64,000 nt of DNA. It comes from Bacillota bacterium. GTDB taxonomy: Bacteria; Bacillota; Limnochordia; DTU087. Location of the stretch: contig JAAYHH010000011.1 of NCBI GenBank assembly GCA_012735435.1, positions 14,141 through 78,140 of the forward strand, written 5' to 3'. The translations under genes and the position numbers were made by a program. Below are positions 54,162-63,252 of this stretch, in pieces. Each line of letters starts with the position of its first letter. Within the stretch, counting starts at the first letter, position 1. The notes beneath the pieces were generated by a model. It searched no databases and was not told the origin of the DNA. It saw nothing but the letters and a program-made list of their open reading frames with translations.

Positions 54162-54626
54162 CTAAAACTCGATAGCCAGGTTGGCCTTTGCTACCTGGTC
54201 CCGAGGAATCCTAGTAATTTCGCCTCCGGATTCAACTACCACAGCGCCATCTTCCAATCCCACAAGCTTTCCTTCCCATACCTTCTTACCCTGATAGGGA
54301 GCATAGGTCTTGATATGTACCAATCGTCCCGCAAACCTGGTAAAGTGTTCATCACGGGTGAGAGGCCTTTCCAGACCGGGTGAAGATACCTCCAGGGAAT
54401 AGCTGCCGGGAATGGGATCGACTTCATCCAGCCGCGAGCTGAGGCGGCGGCTTACCTTCTCACAATCATCCAGCCCAACTCCGCCTTCTTTGTCGATGAA
54501 CACCCTCAAGATCCAGTCAGGGCCTTCCTTGGTATATTCAACGTCAACTAATTCCAGCTCTGGGTAGTCGGTTAAAATCTCCTCTGTCAGCTGAGTAGTT
54601 ATCCGCTCTATCTCTTGTCGAGCCAT
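54162..54626 (-). CDS. rimP: ribosome maturation factor RimP
   Basis: LVDVEYTKEGPDWILRVFIDKEGGVGLDDCEKVSRRLS...YSLEVSSPGLERPL. Confidence 0.9.
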   Translation of the reverse strand: MARQEIERITTQLTEEILTDYPELELVDVEYTKEGPDWILRVFIDKEGGVGLDDCEKVSRRLSSRLDEVDPIPGSYSLEVSSPGLERPLTRDEHFTRFAGRLVHIKTYAPYQGKKVWEGKLVGLEDGAVVVESGGEITRIPRDQVAKANLAIEF

Positions 54627-54774
54627 CTTTCAGCCTCCGTTTCTTTTCTTAACACCCCAATATATGTAAAACACGCTCACCATGAGTCTAAGCAAACTGG
54701 CGGTAGAGGCCCTCAACTATAGCCTGCCGCGTTACCCCTTTTACTACGAAAGAGTGGGACTCACCCACTCTTCC

Positions 54775-54810
54775 AAAAAAAACTACCGGCGCTGTGAAAA
54801 ATTCAGAGCC
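54775..54810 (-). promoter_or_regulatory. candidate attenuator in the rimP-nusA leader (weak hairpin plus U8)
   Basis: Minus sense GGCUCUG-AAUUUUUCA-CAGCGCC (7 bp with one mismatch), then GGUAG, then UUUUUUUU (54782-54775). Confidence 0.3.
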
Positions 54811-54867
54811 GCGCTTTGCTCCCCATCTTAACGGTAGTGGGGATACTCCGCGGCACTTTCCGTTGCT

Positions 54868-54896
54868 AGTATACCACTTTTCCGCATCATTGACAA
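54868..54896 (-). promoter_or_regulatory. sigma-A promoter of the rimP-nusA-infB operon
   Basis: Minus strand TTGTCA (54896-54891), 17 nt spacer, TGgTATACT (-10 at 54873-54868). Confidence 0.6.
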
Positions 54897-54944
54897 GGCT
54901 TTCGGCAGCCGAAAGCGGCTAAAAAGTGCAAACAGCGGATATGT

Positions 54945-57900
54945 TTAGAAAAGTGACAGCTGGGAGGTTTTGGGAAGCCCGGCTAGTGCTCCGTGGGCAC
55001 CTAGGGTTTCAATGACCGTTCGACTGACGCCGCACCTCATCCTGATATCCTCCCATGATGCAAAGGGTCCCTCTTCCCTGCCCTGGGCCAGCATCAGGGC
55101 TGCCCCTTCCCCTACTCCCGGTACAATTGCCAGGGGCGGCCTCAGCTCTTCCCCTTCGATCACAAAGCGGTTGGGATGGGACTTGTATATGTCAACGGTA
55201 TGAAAATCTATTCCCCGGAGCATGGCCTCCATAACGACTTCAGCCACTGTCAGCAGACTTTTCTCTTTAGCAGTGGCGCTGCCGCCTTTGGCGGAAATGG
55301 AATGGATGATCTCCTTTACACCTGCAAGGCCGCCCGTGATCAGCTGAACCTCGAAGGTATTAACCCGGGTAGAAAAATAGGCAGCGTAATAGGCCAGGGG
55401 ATAATGTACCTTAAAGTACGCTATCCGGAAGGCCATGGTCACATATGCCACTGCATGGGCCTTGGGGAATAGGTAGCTGATCTTTTTGCAGGAGTCGATG
55501 TACCACTGGGGGACTCCTACTTTTTCCATGGCCTCAACGTCTTCAGGTCTTAATCCCCTTCCCTTCCGGACCCTTTCCATGATTACGAAGGCGGTCTCTG
55601 GTTCCATCCCCTTTTGAATAAGGTAATTCATGATGTCATCCCGGGTGGCGATGGCCTGGCTAAGGTCAGCAGTTCCGTTCTTGATCAACTCTTGAGCATT
55701 ATTGGTCCAGACATTGGTTCCATGGGAAAACCCGCTGATACGCACCAGTTCTCCAAAGGACTTGGGCCGGGTTTCCTCAAGCATCTGCCGGACAAAACGG
55801 GTGCCGAACTCAGGAACGCCCAAAGTCCCAACGGTAGTGCCAAGATCATCGGGGCTTATCCCTAAGGCCTCCACACTGGAGAAGATGCTCATGGTAGCAG
55901 GGTCATCAAGCGGTATATCCAGGACCGGCACTCCAGTCATATCCTCCAGCATCCGGAGCATTGTGGGATCGTCATGGCCGAGAATATCCAATTTCACCAG
56001 GTTGTCGCTGATGGCATTGTAATCAAAATGGGTAGTGATGGTGCCGCTGGCAGCATCATTGGCCGGGTACTGTACCGGTGAAAACTCGTTGATATCCCGG
56101 CCTTCGGGAACCACAATCATGCCGCCGGGGTGCTGGCCGGTGGTACGCCGCACTCCAGTACAGCCCTTGACCAGCCGGTTGATTTCAGCGGTTCTGGCAG
56201 TTTGCCCTTTGCTTTCTAAGTATTTGCACACAAAGCCGTAGCTGGTCTTCTCCGCCAGTGTGCCGATGGTGCCCGCCCGGAACACGTATTCTTTGCCGAA
56301 AAGCTCCTCTGTGTACTTATGAACACAGGCCTGATATTCCCCGGAAAAATTGAGATCTATATCAGGCACCTTTTCCCCGTGAAAGCCCATGAAAACCTCA
56401 AAGGGGATATCAAAGCCCAATTTTCGGTATTGTGTACCGCATTGACAGTGCTTGTCTGGCAGGTCGATACCAGTTTGTACTGAACCATCGGTAATAAATT
56501 CCGCATGGTGGCACTGGGGACAAACATAATGGGGCGGCAGGGGATTTACCTCGGTCACCCCGCAGAGGGTAGCCACCAGTGATGAGCCCACAGAACCCCG
56601 GGAACCTACCAGATAACCATCGCTGAGGGATTTTTTTACCAGCTTGTGGGCAATCAGATAGAGAACAGCAAATCCGTTGCCGACAATGGCATTTAGTTCC
56701 TTCTCAATCCGCTCCTTGACCAGCGGGGGCAGCGGATCACCATACAGCTTCCGGGCGTTGGCATAGGTCATCTCGGTGATCTGCTCTTCAGCTCCTTCGA
56801 TCTTGGGGGCATGCAGGCCGTCGGGGATGGGCCGCAGCTCTTCGATCATTTCCGCGATGCGATTGGGCCCGTGGATCACCACTTCCCTGGCAGTCTCTTC
56901 ATCGAGATACGCGAACTCCGCCAGCATTTCCTCAGTTGTCCGGAAAAACAAAGGTGCCTGCCTTTCAGCATCTTCATATCCTTGACCGGCCATCAGGATG
57001 CGGCGGTAGATTTCATCCCATGGATGCAGGTAGTGGACATCGCAGGTAGCCACCACCGGTTTTCCCAGACGCTCTCCTAGAGCAACAATACCCCGGTTGA
57101 TCTCCTCTAGGTCTTCTTGTGACTGGACTTTATCACCGATCATGAAGGCATTGTTGCCCAACGGCTGGATTTCCAGGTAATCATAGAAATCGGCTATTTT
57201 CATCAGCCGTTCTTCATCGCTGCCTTGCAGGAAAGCTTGGTACACTTCACCAGCTTCACATGCGGAACCGATGATGAGACCCTCTCGATACTTCTCAATC
57301 AATCGGCGGGGCAGACGGGGCCGGCGGTAGAAATACTTTAGATGGGATAGGGATACCAGTCTATACAGGTTGTGCAGGCCCTGCTGATTTCTAGCCAAAA
57401 GTACTATGTGATAGGAGGGAGCCCTGGGGTCATCCCCATCGATGAGATACCCTTCCATCCCGTAAATTATCTTGATGCCGGCCTTCTTGCCGGCGAAGTA
57501 AGCCTCGGGAAAAGCTTGGACGACGCCGTGATCCGTGATGGCAACTGCCTTGTGGCCCCAGCTTGCTGCCAATTGGATAATCTCTCCGACATCGACAGTT
57601 CCGTCCATAGCAGACATCTTGGTATGAAGATGCAGCTCAACCCGCTTTTCAGGGGCCTCATCCCGCCGAACAAATTCAGCGAGGGGCTCCTGGATCTCTA
57701 TGTCGTTGGGCAGCATAGTGAGCTCCTGGGTATAGCGATCCCACTGGACGGAGCCCCTCACCCGCAGCCAGACGCCCGGGCTGAGTTCCGGTGCCAGCCG
57801 GGGAGCATCTTCATCTTCGAAAAGCTTAAGGGTAATAGAATCGCGATAGTCGGTGAGGTCGATCATTACCAAGCGCCGACCGCTCCGGAGTTCCTTTTCC

Positions 57901-58433
57901 TCGACCTTGATGATTTCACCGGCAGTGACGTAGGAACGCTCTTCGTCGGTGATCTCAGCTATAGAACGGGGTTCCTCCCGGATAGACCGTCCCTTCAATA
58001 CGCCCCTTGAGCCTTTCTTGGCAGAGACTTCAGTTTGCTTGGGCGGGGGATCTTCGATGGCTTGGCGACTAGCCCGTTCCATTACATATGACATATAGGT
58101 AGCTTCGTCGGCAAGGAGGAGATCACTGATCGGAGGTTCAAGAGACTTGTGGTTTTCGCCAACAGCTACGTCAAAGGAAACTGACCGCACCCCTGGCAGA
58201 AATTTCACCAGGGCTTGACTTAAGGTGTCCAATTCTCGGCGACACAGTTCCCCTCCAGCTGCTAAACAGATTTTCCACTCCTGGCGTTGGCAGTGAACCA
58301 AGATTCTTTCTACAACAGCTCGGGCGGCTGTTCCTTCACAGCTTACTGGAAGTTGAGCCGCCCGCAGGAAATCTGATAGGGATTGCCCTTTGGTTCGGGG
58401 AGTTACTACATATACAGTTGCATTACCAGCCAC
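54945..58433 (-). CDS. polC: PolC-type DNA polymerase III alpha subunit lacking the inserted 3'-5' exonuclease domain
   Basis: PolC order of domains: N-domain; OB; PHP (VELHLHTKMSAMDG...AITDHGVVQAFPEAY); palm/fingers with the PolC Zn module (HYVCPQCHHAEF...CQCGTQY); GQHPGGMIVVP; and a C-terminus ending QLSLF. At 1162 aa it is shorter than the ~1430 aa typical for PolC. GTG 58433 follows GAAAGGA. Confidence 0.9.
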   Translation of the reverse strand: MAGNATVYVVTPRTKGQSLSDFLRAAQLPVSCEGTAARAVVERILVHCQRQEWKICLAAGGELCRRELDTLSQALVKFLPGVRSVSFDVAVGENHKSLEPPISDLLLADEATYMSYVMERASRQAIEDPPPKQTEVSAKKGSRGVLKGRSIREEPRSIAEITDEERSYVTAGEIIKVEEKELRSGRRLVMIDLTDYRDSITLKLFEDEDAPRLAPELSPGVWLRVRGSVQWDRYTQELTMLPNDIEIQEPLAEFVRRDEAPEKRVELHLHTKMSAMDGTVDVGEIIQLAASWGHKAVAITDHGVVQAFPEAYFAGKKAGIKIIYGMEGYLIDGDDPRAPSYHIVLLARNQQGLHNLYRLVSLSHLKYFYRRPRLPRRLIEKYREGLIIGSACEAGEVYQAFLQGSDEERLMKIADFYDYLEIQPLGNNAFMIGDKVQSQEDLEEINRGIVALGERLGKPVVATCDVHYLHPWDEIYRRILMAGQGYEDAERQAPLFFRTTEEMLAEFAYLDEETAREVVIHGPNRIAEMIEELRPIPDGLHAPKIEGAEEQITEMTYANARKLYGDPLPPLVKERIEKELNAIVGNGFAVLYLIAHKLVKKSLSDGYLVGSRGSVGSSLVATLCGVTEVNPLPPHYVCPQCHHAEFITDGSVQTGIDLPDKHCQCGTQYRKLGFDIPFEVFMGFHGEKVPDIDLNFSGEYQACVHKYTEELFGKEYVFRAGTIGTLAEKTSYGFVCKYLESKGQTARTAEINRLVKGCTGVRRTTGQHPGGMIVVPEGRDINEFSPVQYPANDAASGTITTHFDYNAISDNLVKLDILGHDDPTMLRMLEDMTGVPVLDIPLDDPATMSIFSSVEALGISPDDLGTTVGTLGVPEFGTRFVRQMLEETRPKSFGELVRISGFSHGTNVWTNNAQELIKNGTADLSQAIATRDDIMNYLIQKGMEPETAFVIMERVRKGRGLRPEDVEAMEKVGVPQWYIDSCKKISYLFPKAHAVAYVTMAFRIAYFKVHYPLAYYAAYFSTRVNTFEVQLITGGLAGVKEIIHSISAKGGSATAKEKSLLTVAEVVMEAMLRGIDFHTVDIYKSHPNRFVIEGEELRPPLAIVPGVGEGAALMLAQGREEGPFASWEDIRMRCGVSRTVIETLGAHGALAGLPKTSQLSLF

Positions 58434-58464
58434 TTTCAGGATCCTTTCCAGTTGCAGTAAGTTC

Positions 58465-59175
58465 TTACTTAGGTCCCAAAACTTTTATAATCTCCCAGTA
58501 CATCTTGAGACGGTTTCGTGCCCCTGGAATAAATCCTTGCTTTTCCTCTTTCATGACGTGGGACACATCTTTAAGCAGTACCTTTTCCACTCGAATGCCA
58601 TTGGCAGCCACATACTTGGAGATGGCTACTTCTACGCCGTACCGGCTATCTTCCAGCTGGGGGATGTCCTCGAGGATCTCCCGGCGGATAGCTCTCTGGC
58701 CCGAGAGAAAAGGCGTTATCTTCTGGGCTATAGTAGTCGGCGCCCGTCCGCCTGCAAATATCCCCACAGTCATATCTGTCCTGCCGGAAACCACCGGCTC
58801 CAGCAGGTCGTAACAGTGGGCTTCAGTGAGCCCAACTAAGTCTGCATCTACAAACAGCAATATGTCGGCTGAGGTTGCCTTGGCCCCAGCCTTCATCGCG
58901 CCGCCCTTGCCCCGGTTGGGATAGAGACTGATCACCCTTGCTCCGAGGCTGCTGGCCACTTGAGCAGTACGATCCGATGACCCATCATTGACCACGATCA
59001 CTTCATCGATGGCCTTGCACCTTTGCAGCACCTGGAGTATACTGCCGATGGTATATTCCTCGTTGTAAGCAGGAACCACGGCAGCAACCTTAGGCTTACT
59101 TGCTGCTATTTCTCCGCTACTGCGTGCGCACACACTCGGACTCCGCGATGGCTCTTGTGATTCGGTCTTGAACAT
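58465..59175 (-). CDS. family 2 glycosyltransferase (GT-A fold)
   Basis: AAVVPAYNEE, VVNDGSSDRT, NRGKGGA and the DAD (DxD) motif. About 236 aa with no TM. ATG 59175 lies 59 nt inside the proS 3' end. Confidence 0.75.
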   Translation of the reverse strand: MFKTESQEPSRSPSVCARSSGEIAASKPKVAAVVPAYNEEYTIGSILQVLQRCKAIDEVIVVNDGSSDRTAQVASSLGARVISLYPNRGKGGAMKAGAKATSADILLFVDADLVGLTEAHCYDLLEPVVSGRTDMTVGIFAGGRAPTTIAQKITPFLSGQRAIRREILEDIPQLEDSRYGVEVAISKYVAANGIRVEKVLLKDVSHVMKEEKQGFIPGARNRLKMYWEIIKVLGPK

Positions 59176-60847
59176 GACTCACCACTTCATTCAATGAGAT
59201 CAAATACTCTTCACCGGTGGCCCGCCAGCGGATTTCAACTTGTCCATCCGCCAAGCCCCGGGGCCCGACGGTAATCCTAAGGGGAAATCCAATTAAGTCA
59301 GCATCCTTGAACTTCACACCTGGACGTTCATCTCTATCGTCGATAACCGCTTCTACTCCTGCTTTGGTAAGCTCCCGGTAAATCCTCTCCGCTGTGGTTC
59401 TCTGCTGTTCATCCCGATAACTAACCGGAACAATATCTACATGATAAGGTGCAACACTGATGGGCCAGCATATACCGTCATCATCATGGCACTGCTCGAT
59501 GATGGCTGCCATTGTCCGGCTGATTCCGATGCCGTAGCAGCCCATGATCAGCGGCCGCTCGACACCATCTTCGTCGGTAAATGTGGCACCCAACGGCTCG
59601 CTGTATTTGGTTCCCAATTTGAAAACCTGTCCAACCTCAATACCTCTAGCACCCTGCAGAACGCCCTTGCCGCATGGGCATGGGTCACCGGGCTGGGCCT
59701 TGCGGATATCGACAACTTTATCTGGTACAAAATCCCGTCCCGGCTTAACACCCTGGAGGTGAACATCTACTGCATTGCCGCCCGCGATGCCGCCTTCTAT
59801 GGCCATCACCGCCGGATCAGTGATAATCTTGCAGTGCTTTAAGCCTATGGGTCCGGCAAATCCCCGGGGAGCTCCAGTCACCTCTTCGATGGTCTTATCG
59901 TCGGCAAGCTCAACCTCGAGGCAGCCAATTGCCCTGGCCAGCTTGATTTCATTCACCTCATGGTCTCCCCGCAGTACTGCGGCTACCACTTGATCGCCGC
60001 CTCGATAGATCAAAGTTTTTATCATTTCGCTGGCAGGCCGGTTAAAGAACTTCTCCAAATCCTCAATGGTCCTGACATCTGGAGTTGCGACTTCAACCAA
60101 GGGTTCCTCTCGGCCTGTGGGTTCAGCAGGCGGCGTAAGGCATTCGGCCTTCTCAACATTCGCGGCATAATCGCAGCTTGAGCAGTAGACGATTTCCGCT
60201 TCGCCTGCATCGGCTAAAGCCATGAATTCGTGGGTCTGATCTCCGCCAATAGCGCCAGAATCGGCCTCAACCGGCCTGGTAGTAAGGCCGCAGCGGGCGA
60301 AAATTCGCTCATAGGCATGGAACATTGTCCAATAGCTCTTATCCAGACCCTCCTCATCCCGGTCAAAGGAGTAGAGGTCCTTCATAATGAACTCTCTTCC
60401 TCGCATGACTCCAAATCGGGGGCGAATTTCATCTCGGTATTTATTCTGGATCTGATATAACATTAGAGGCAGCTGCCTGTAGGAGCGTACCTCATTCCTG
60501 ACCAACGCAGTTGTGATTTCCTCATGGGTAGGACCTAAACAAAACTGCCGCTCATGGCGATCGATCAGTTTAAACATCTCTTCGCCGTAATCATCCCAGC
60601 GGCCTGTCTCATGCCACAATTCTGCAGGCTGGACAATAGGCAAGAGAACCTCCTGGCCTCCGGCAGCATCCATTTCTTCCCGCACGATCTGCATAATTTT
60701 CTGCAATACCCGGAATCCCAAAGGCAGATAGGAATAAATCCCAGCCGCGACCTTTCGCATCATCGCAGCCCTCAGCATTAATCGGTGGCTTGCGATTTCA
60801 GCTTCTGCAGGAACTTCCCGTAAAGTCGGCATCAACAGCTTCGACAT
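59117..60847 (-). CDS. proS: prolyl-tRNA synthetase (bacterial type with editing insertion)
   Basis: Class II motifs (YQIQNKYRDEIRPRFGVMRGREF; GCYGIGISR), a central INS domain and a C-terminal anticodon-binding domain. Start is ATG 60847. Confidence 0.95.
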   Translation of the reverse strand: MSKLLMPTLREVPAEAEIASHRLMLRAAMMRKVAAGIYSYLPLGFRVLQKIMQIVREEMDAAGGQEVLLPIVQPAELWHETGRWDDYGEEMFKLIDRHERQFCLGPTHEEITTALVRNEVRSYRQLPLMLYQIQNKYRDEIRPRFGVMRGREFIMKDLYSFDRDEEGLDKSYWTMFHAYERIFARCGLTTRPVEADSGAIGGDQTHEFMALADAGEAEIVYCSSCDYAANVEKAECLTPPAEPTGREEPLVEVATPDVRTIEDLEKFFNRPASEMIKTLIYRGGDQVVAAVLRGDHEVNEIKLARAIGCLEVELADDKTIEEVTGAPRGFAGPIGLKHCKIITDPAVMAIEGGIAGGNAVDVHLQGVKPGRDFVPDKVVDIRKAQPGDPCPCGKGVLQGARGIEVGQVFKLGTKYSEPLGATFTDEDGVERPLIMGCYGIGISRTMAAIIEQCHDDDGICWPISVAPYHVDIVPVSYRDEQQRTTAERIYRELTKAGVEAVIDDRDERPGVKFKDADLIGFPLRITVGPRGLADGQVEIRWRATGEEYLISLNEVVSHVQDRITRAIAESECVRTQ

Positions 60848-60927
60848 TCTCAATTTCAACACCCCCGAAATCAAAACAATTGTAACAGACCGTCAGAATC
60901 CCTGTCAATATCGGGGAAACGGCCCAA

Positions 60928-62070
60928 TTACCGGTTGGAGCCCTTCATATCCTTGGCCAAGTCTTCTACGGCCTTAACCAGCACATCCACTGCATCTTCT
61001 GCCGGAAACTGTCCCATTAACTTCCCTTTTCGAAAAAGCACAACCTTATCCCTACCGCCGGCAATGCCGATATCCGCATCTTTGGCCTCACCGGGTCCAT
61101 TGACTACACAGCCCATCACCGCTACCTTGAGGGGCACCGTTAGGTTCTGGAGGCGGGATTCCACTTGCTTGGCAATCTTGATAAGGTTAATCTGACAGCG
61201 TCCGCAGGTGGGACAGGATACAATCTCAATCCCACGTTGCCGAAGGCCCAGGGACTGCAGAATACCGTATGCAACCTTCACTTCCTCCACCGGATCGCCG
61301 GTCAAGGAAACCCGGATGGTATCCCCAAGGCCCATGGCGAGAATAATACCGATTCCCACGGAAGACTTGATGGTCCCGTGGAAAGTTGTCCCTGCTTCAG
61401 TAATTCCCACATGGAGAGGGTACTCCACTCGACTGGCAATCAGTTGATACGCCTGGACAGTGGTGGCAACATCGGAGGCCTTCAAGGAAACGACGATATC
61501 GTAAAAAGATTCATTCTCCAGGATCTTGATGTGCTGCAGTGCGCTTTCCACCAAGGCCTCCGGCACCCGGCCCCCGTATTTATCCAAGAGGGGTTTAGCC
61601 AGAGAGCCGGCATTTACCCCGATGCGGATTGGTATATTTCGCTCTTTAGCGGCAGACACCACTGCTTCCACTCGCTCCCGGCTTCCTATATTGCCGGGGT
61701 TGATTCGCAGTTTGCTGACACCGGCCTCCACCGCCTGTAGTGCCAGCCTGTAGTCAAAATGAATATCAGCAACAAGGGGCAGGTCAGCCTCCCTGCAGAT
61801 CTTTGACAGCGCAGCCGCAGCCTCTTGATCGGGAACCGCAAGCCGCACCAGCTCGCAGCCTGCCTCTTTGAGGGAAGCGATCTGGGCTAGAGTGGCCTTA
61901 ACATCCCGAGTATCGGTGTTGGTCATGGATTGCACAGCTATAGGTGCACCGCCTCCAATTGGCACGTCTCTAACACGGACACATCGAGTGCTGCTGCGAA
62001 GGACAATATCCCCCTGGGAAGCGTTGAACTTAATTAAAGGCATCATTGCTTGATTCAGCTCGTCTTTCAA
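60928..62070 (-). CDS. ispG: 4-hydroxy-3-methylbut-2-en-1-yl diphosphate synthase
   Basis: APIAVQSMTNTDTRD, RINPGNIG and the C-terminal cluster ligands CPTCGRC. Confidence 0.95.
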   Translation of the reverse strand: MKDELNQAMMPLIKFNASQGDIVLRSSTRCVRVRDVPIGGGAPIAVQSMTNTDTRDVKATLAQIASLKEAGCELVRLAVPDQEAAAALSKICREADLPLVADIHFDYRLALQAVEAGVSKLRINPGNIGSRERVEAVVSAAKERNIPIRIGVNAGSLAKPLLDKYGGRVPEALVESALQHIKILENESFYDIVVSLKASDVATTVQAYQLIASRVEYPLHVGITEAGTTFHGTIKSSVGIGIILAMGLGDTIRVSLTGDPVEEVKVAYGILQSLGLRQRGIEIVSCPTCGRCQINLIKIAKQVESRLQNLTVPLKVAVMGCVVNGPGEAKDADIGIAGGRDKVVLFRKGKLMGQFPAEDAVDVLVKAVEDLAKDMKGSNR

Positions 62071-62187
62071 CTGGTGCTACCCTCCCTTCCAGGAAGACTG
62101 GGGAAAGCCCCTGAAGTTAATGCAAAGCCTATTCAGAACATAGCTGTTCTACCGCTGTACTTTTTGCCGCTCTCCGCCGAGCCTGGA

Positions 62188-63240
62188 TCAAAGAATACTC
62201 AACCGGGCCAGGTCCTTATAGGTGGCAAAAAGCATTAACAAGAGCAGGAAAGCCAAGCCGATAAACTGTACCAGGCCCTTCTGCTCAGGCTCCAAGGGAC
62301 GGCCCCTCACTGCCTCCCAAAGGAGCATCACCAGCCAGCCGCCGTCTAAGACCGGAATGGGCAGGAAGTTGAATAATCCCAAGTTGATGCTGAGCACCGC
62401 TGCTATGAACAAAACAAACATTATGCCCCGGTTGGCAGATTCGCCCACTATCTGGAAAATTCCTATGGGACCGGCAATATCCGGTTCGATCCTTCCGGTG
62501 ATCATCCGCACAATGGAGATCACAATATCCCTGGATACGAAATAGGTTTGCCTAAGGCCGGTATAGAGTGACTCTCCCAGGGACTGCCTCGGTTTTTCCA
62601 CCATCCCCACGCCCAGCCGAGCCCGGTTAAGTTCCGGGTCTAGTTGCGGCGTAATTGTCAGATGCAGCGTTCTATCTTCCCTGACAATTGTAATGGGAAT
62701 CTCTTCATCGGGGTAGCGGGCAACTATTCTGTTGATTTCCCCGATGGAGGTGATTTTCTCTCCAGCTACCTCGGTAACCACATCACCGGGGAGCAGCCCA
62801 ATCTGGGCAGCCGGCGAACCAGGCTCAACTATTTGTACTGTTGGGGGGATGAAGACCAACCCCATGTACAGTGCAAAAAGGAGGACAGCCAGGATAAAGT
62901 TCATGATGGGTCCTGCAGCTATCACCGCCAGCCGCTGCCAAAGGCTCTTTTGATTGAAGCTTCCCTCATCTTCATCGGGGATTATCTCATCTTCATCCTC
63001 GGGGATATCCATACCCGCCAGCTTAACAAATCCGCCGAAGGGCAGGATCCGCAGACTGTAAACGGTATCTTGTCTTCGCCGCTTCCACACAGCAGGGCCA
63101 AAGCCCAGGGCAAATTCATAGACCTTTACTCCCACAGCCTTAGCAGCAAGAAAGTGTCCCAACTCATGGACAAATATCGTCGGACCCAAAACAAGCACAA
63201 AGGCTAAGAGCAGATTCAAGGCAACCATCCTTTCTGCCAA
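62188..63240 (-). CDS. rseP: RIP site-2 metalloprotease RseP/RasP
   Basis: HELGHF zinc motif, a central PDZ (GLLPGDVVTEVAGEKI) and NFLPIPVLDGG. Confidence 0.9.
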   Translation of the reverse strand: MAERMVALNLLLAFVLVLGPTIFVHELGHFLAAKAVGVKVYEFALGFGPAVWKRRRQDTVYSLRILPFGGFVKLAGMDIPEDEDEIIPDEDEGSFNQKSLWQRLAVIAAGPIMNFILAVLLFALYMGLVFIPPTVQIVEPGSPAAQIGLLPGDVVTEVAGEKITSIGEINRIVARYPDEEIPITIVREDRTLHLTITPQLDPELNRARLGVGMVEKPRQSLGESLYTGLRQTYFVSRDIVISIVRMITGRIEPDIAGPIGIFQIVGESANRGIMFVLFIAAVLSINLGLFNFLPIPVLDGGWLVMLLWEAVRGRPLEPEQKGLVQFIGLAFLLLLMLFATYKDLARLSIL

Positions 63241-63252
63241 GTGCCGACCAGG

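Noticed and set aside
60848-60927. T-box leader upstream of proS, common in Firmicutes
   Set aside because: Only ~80 nt separate ispG from the proS start. That is far too short for a T-box, and no specifier/antiterminator features were visible.
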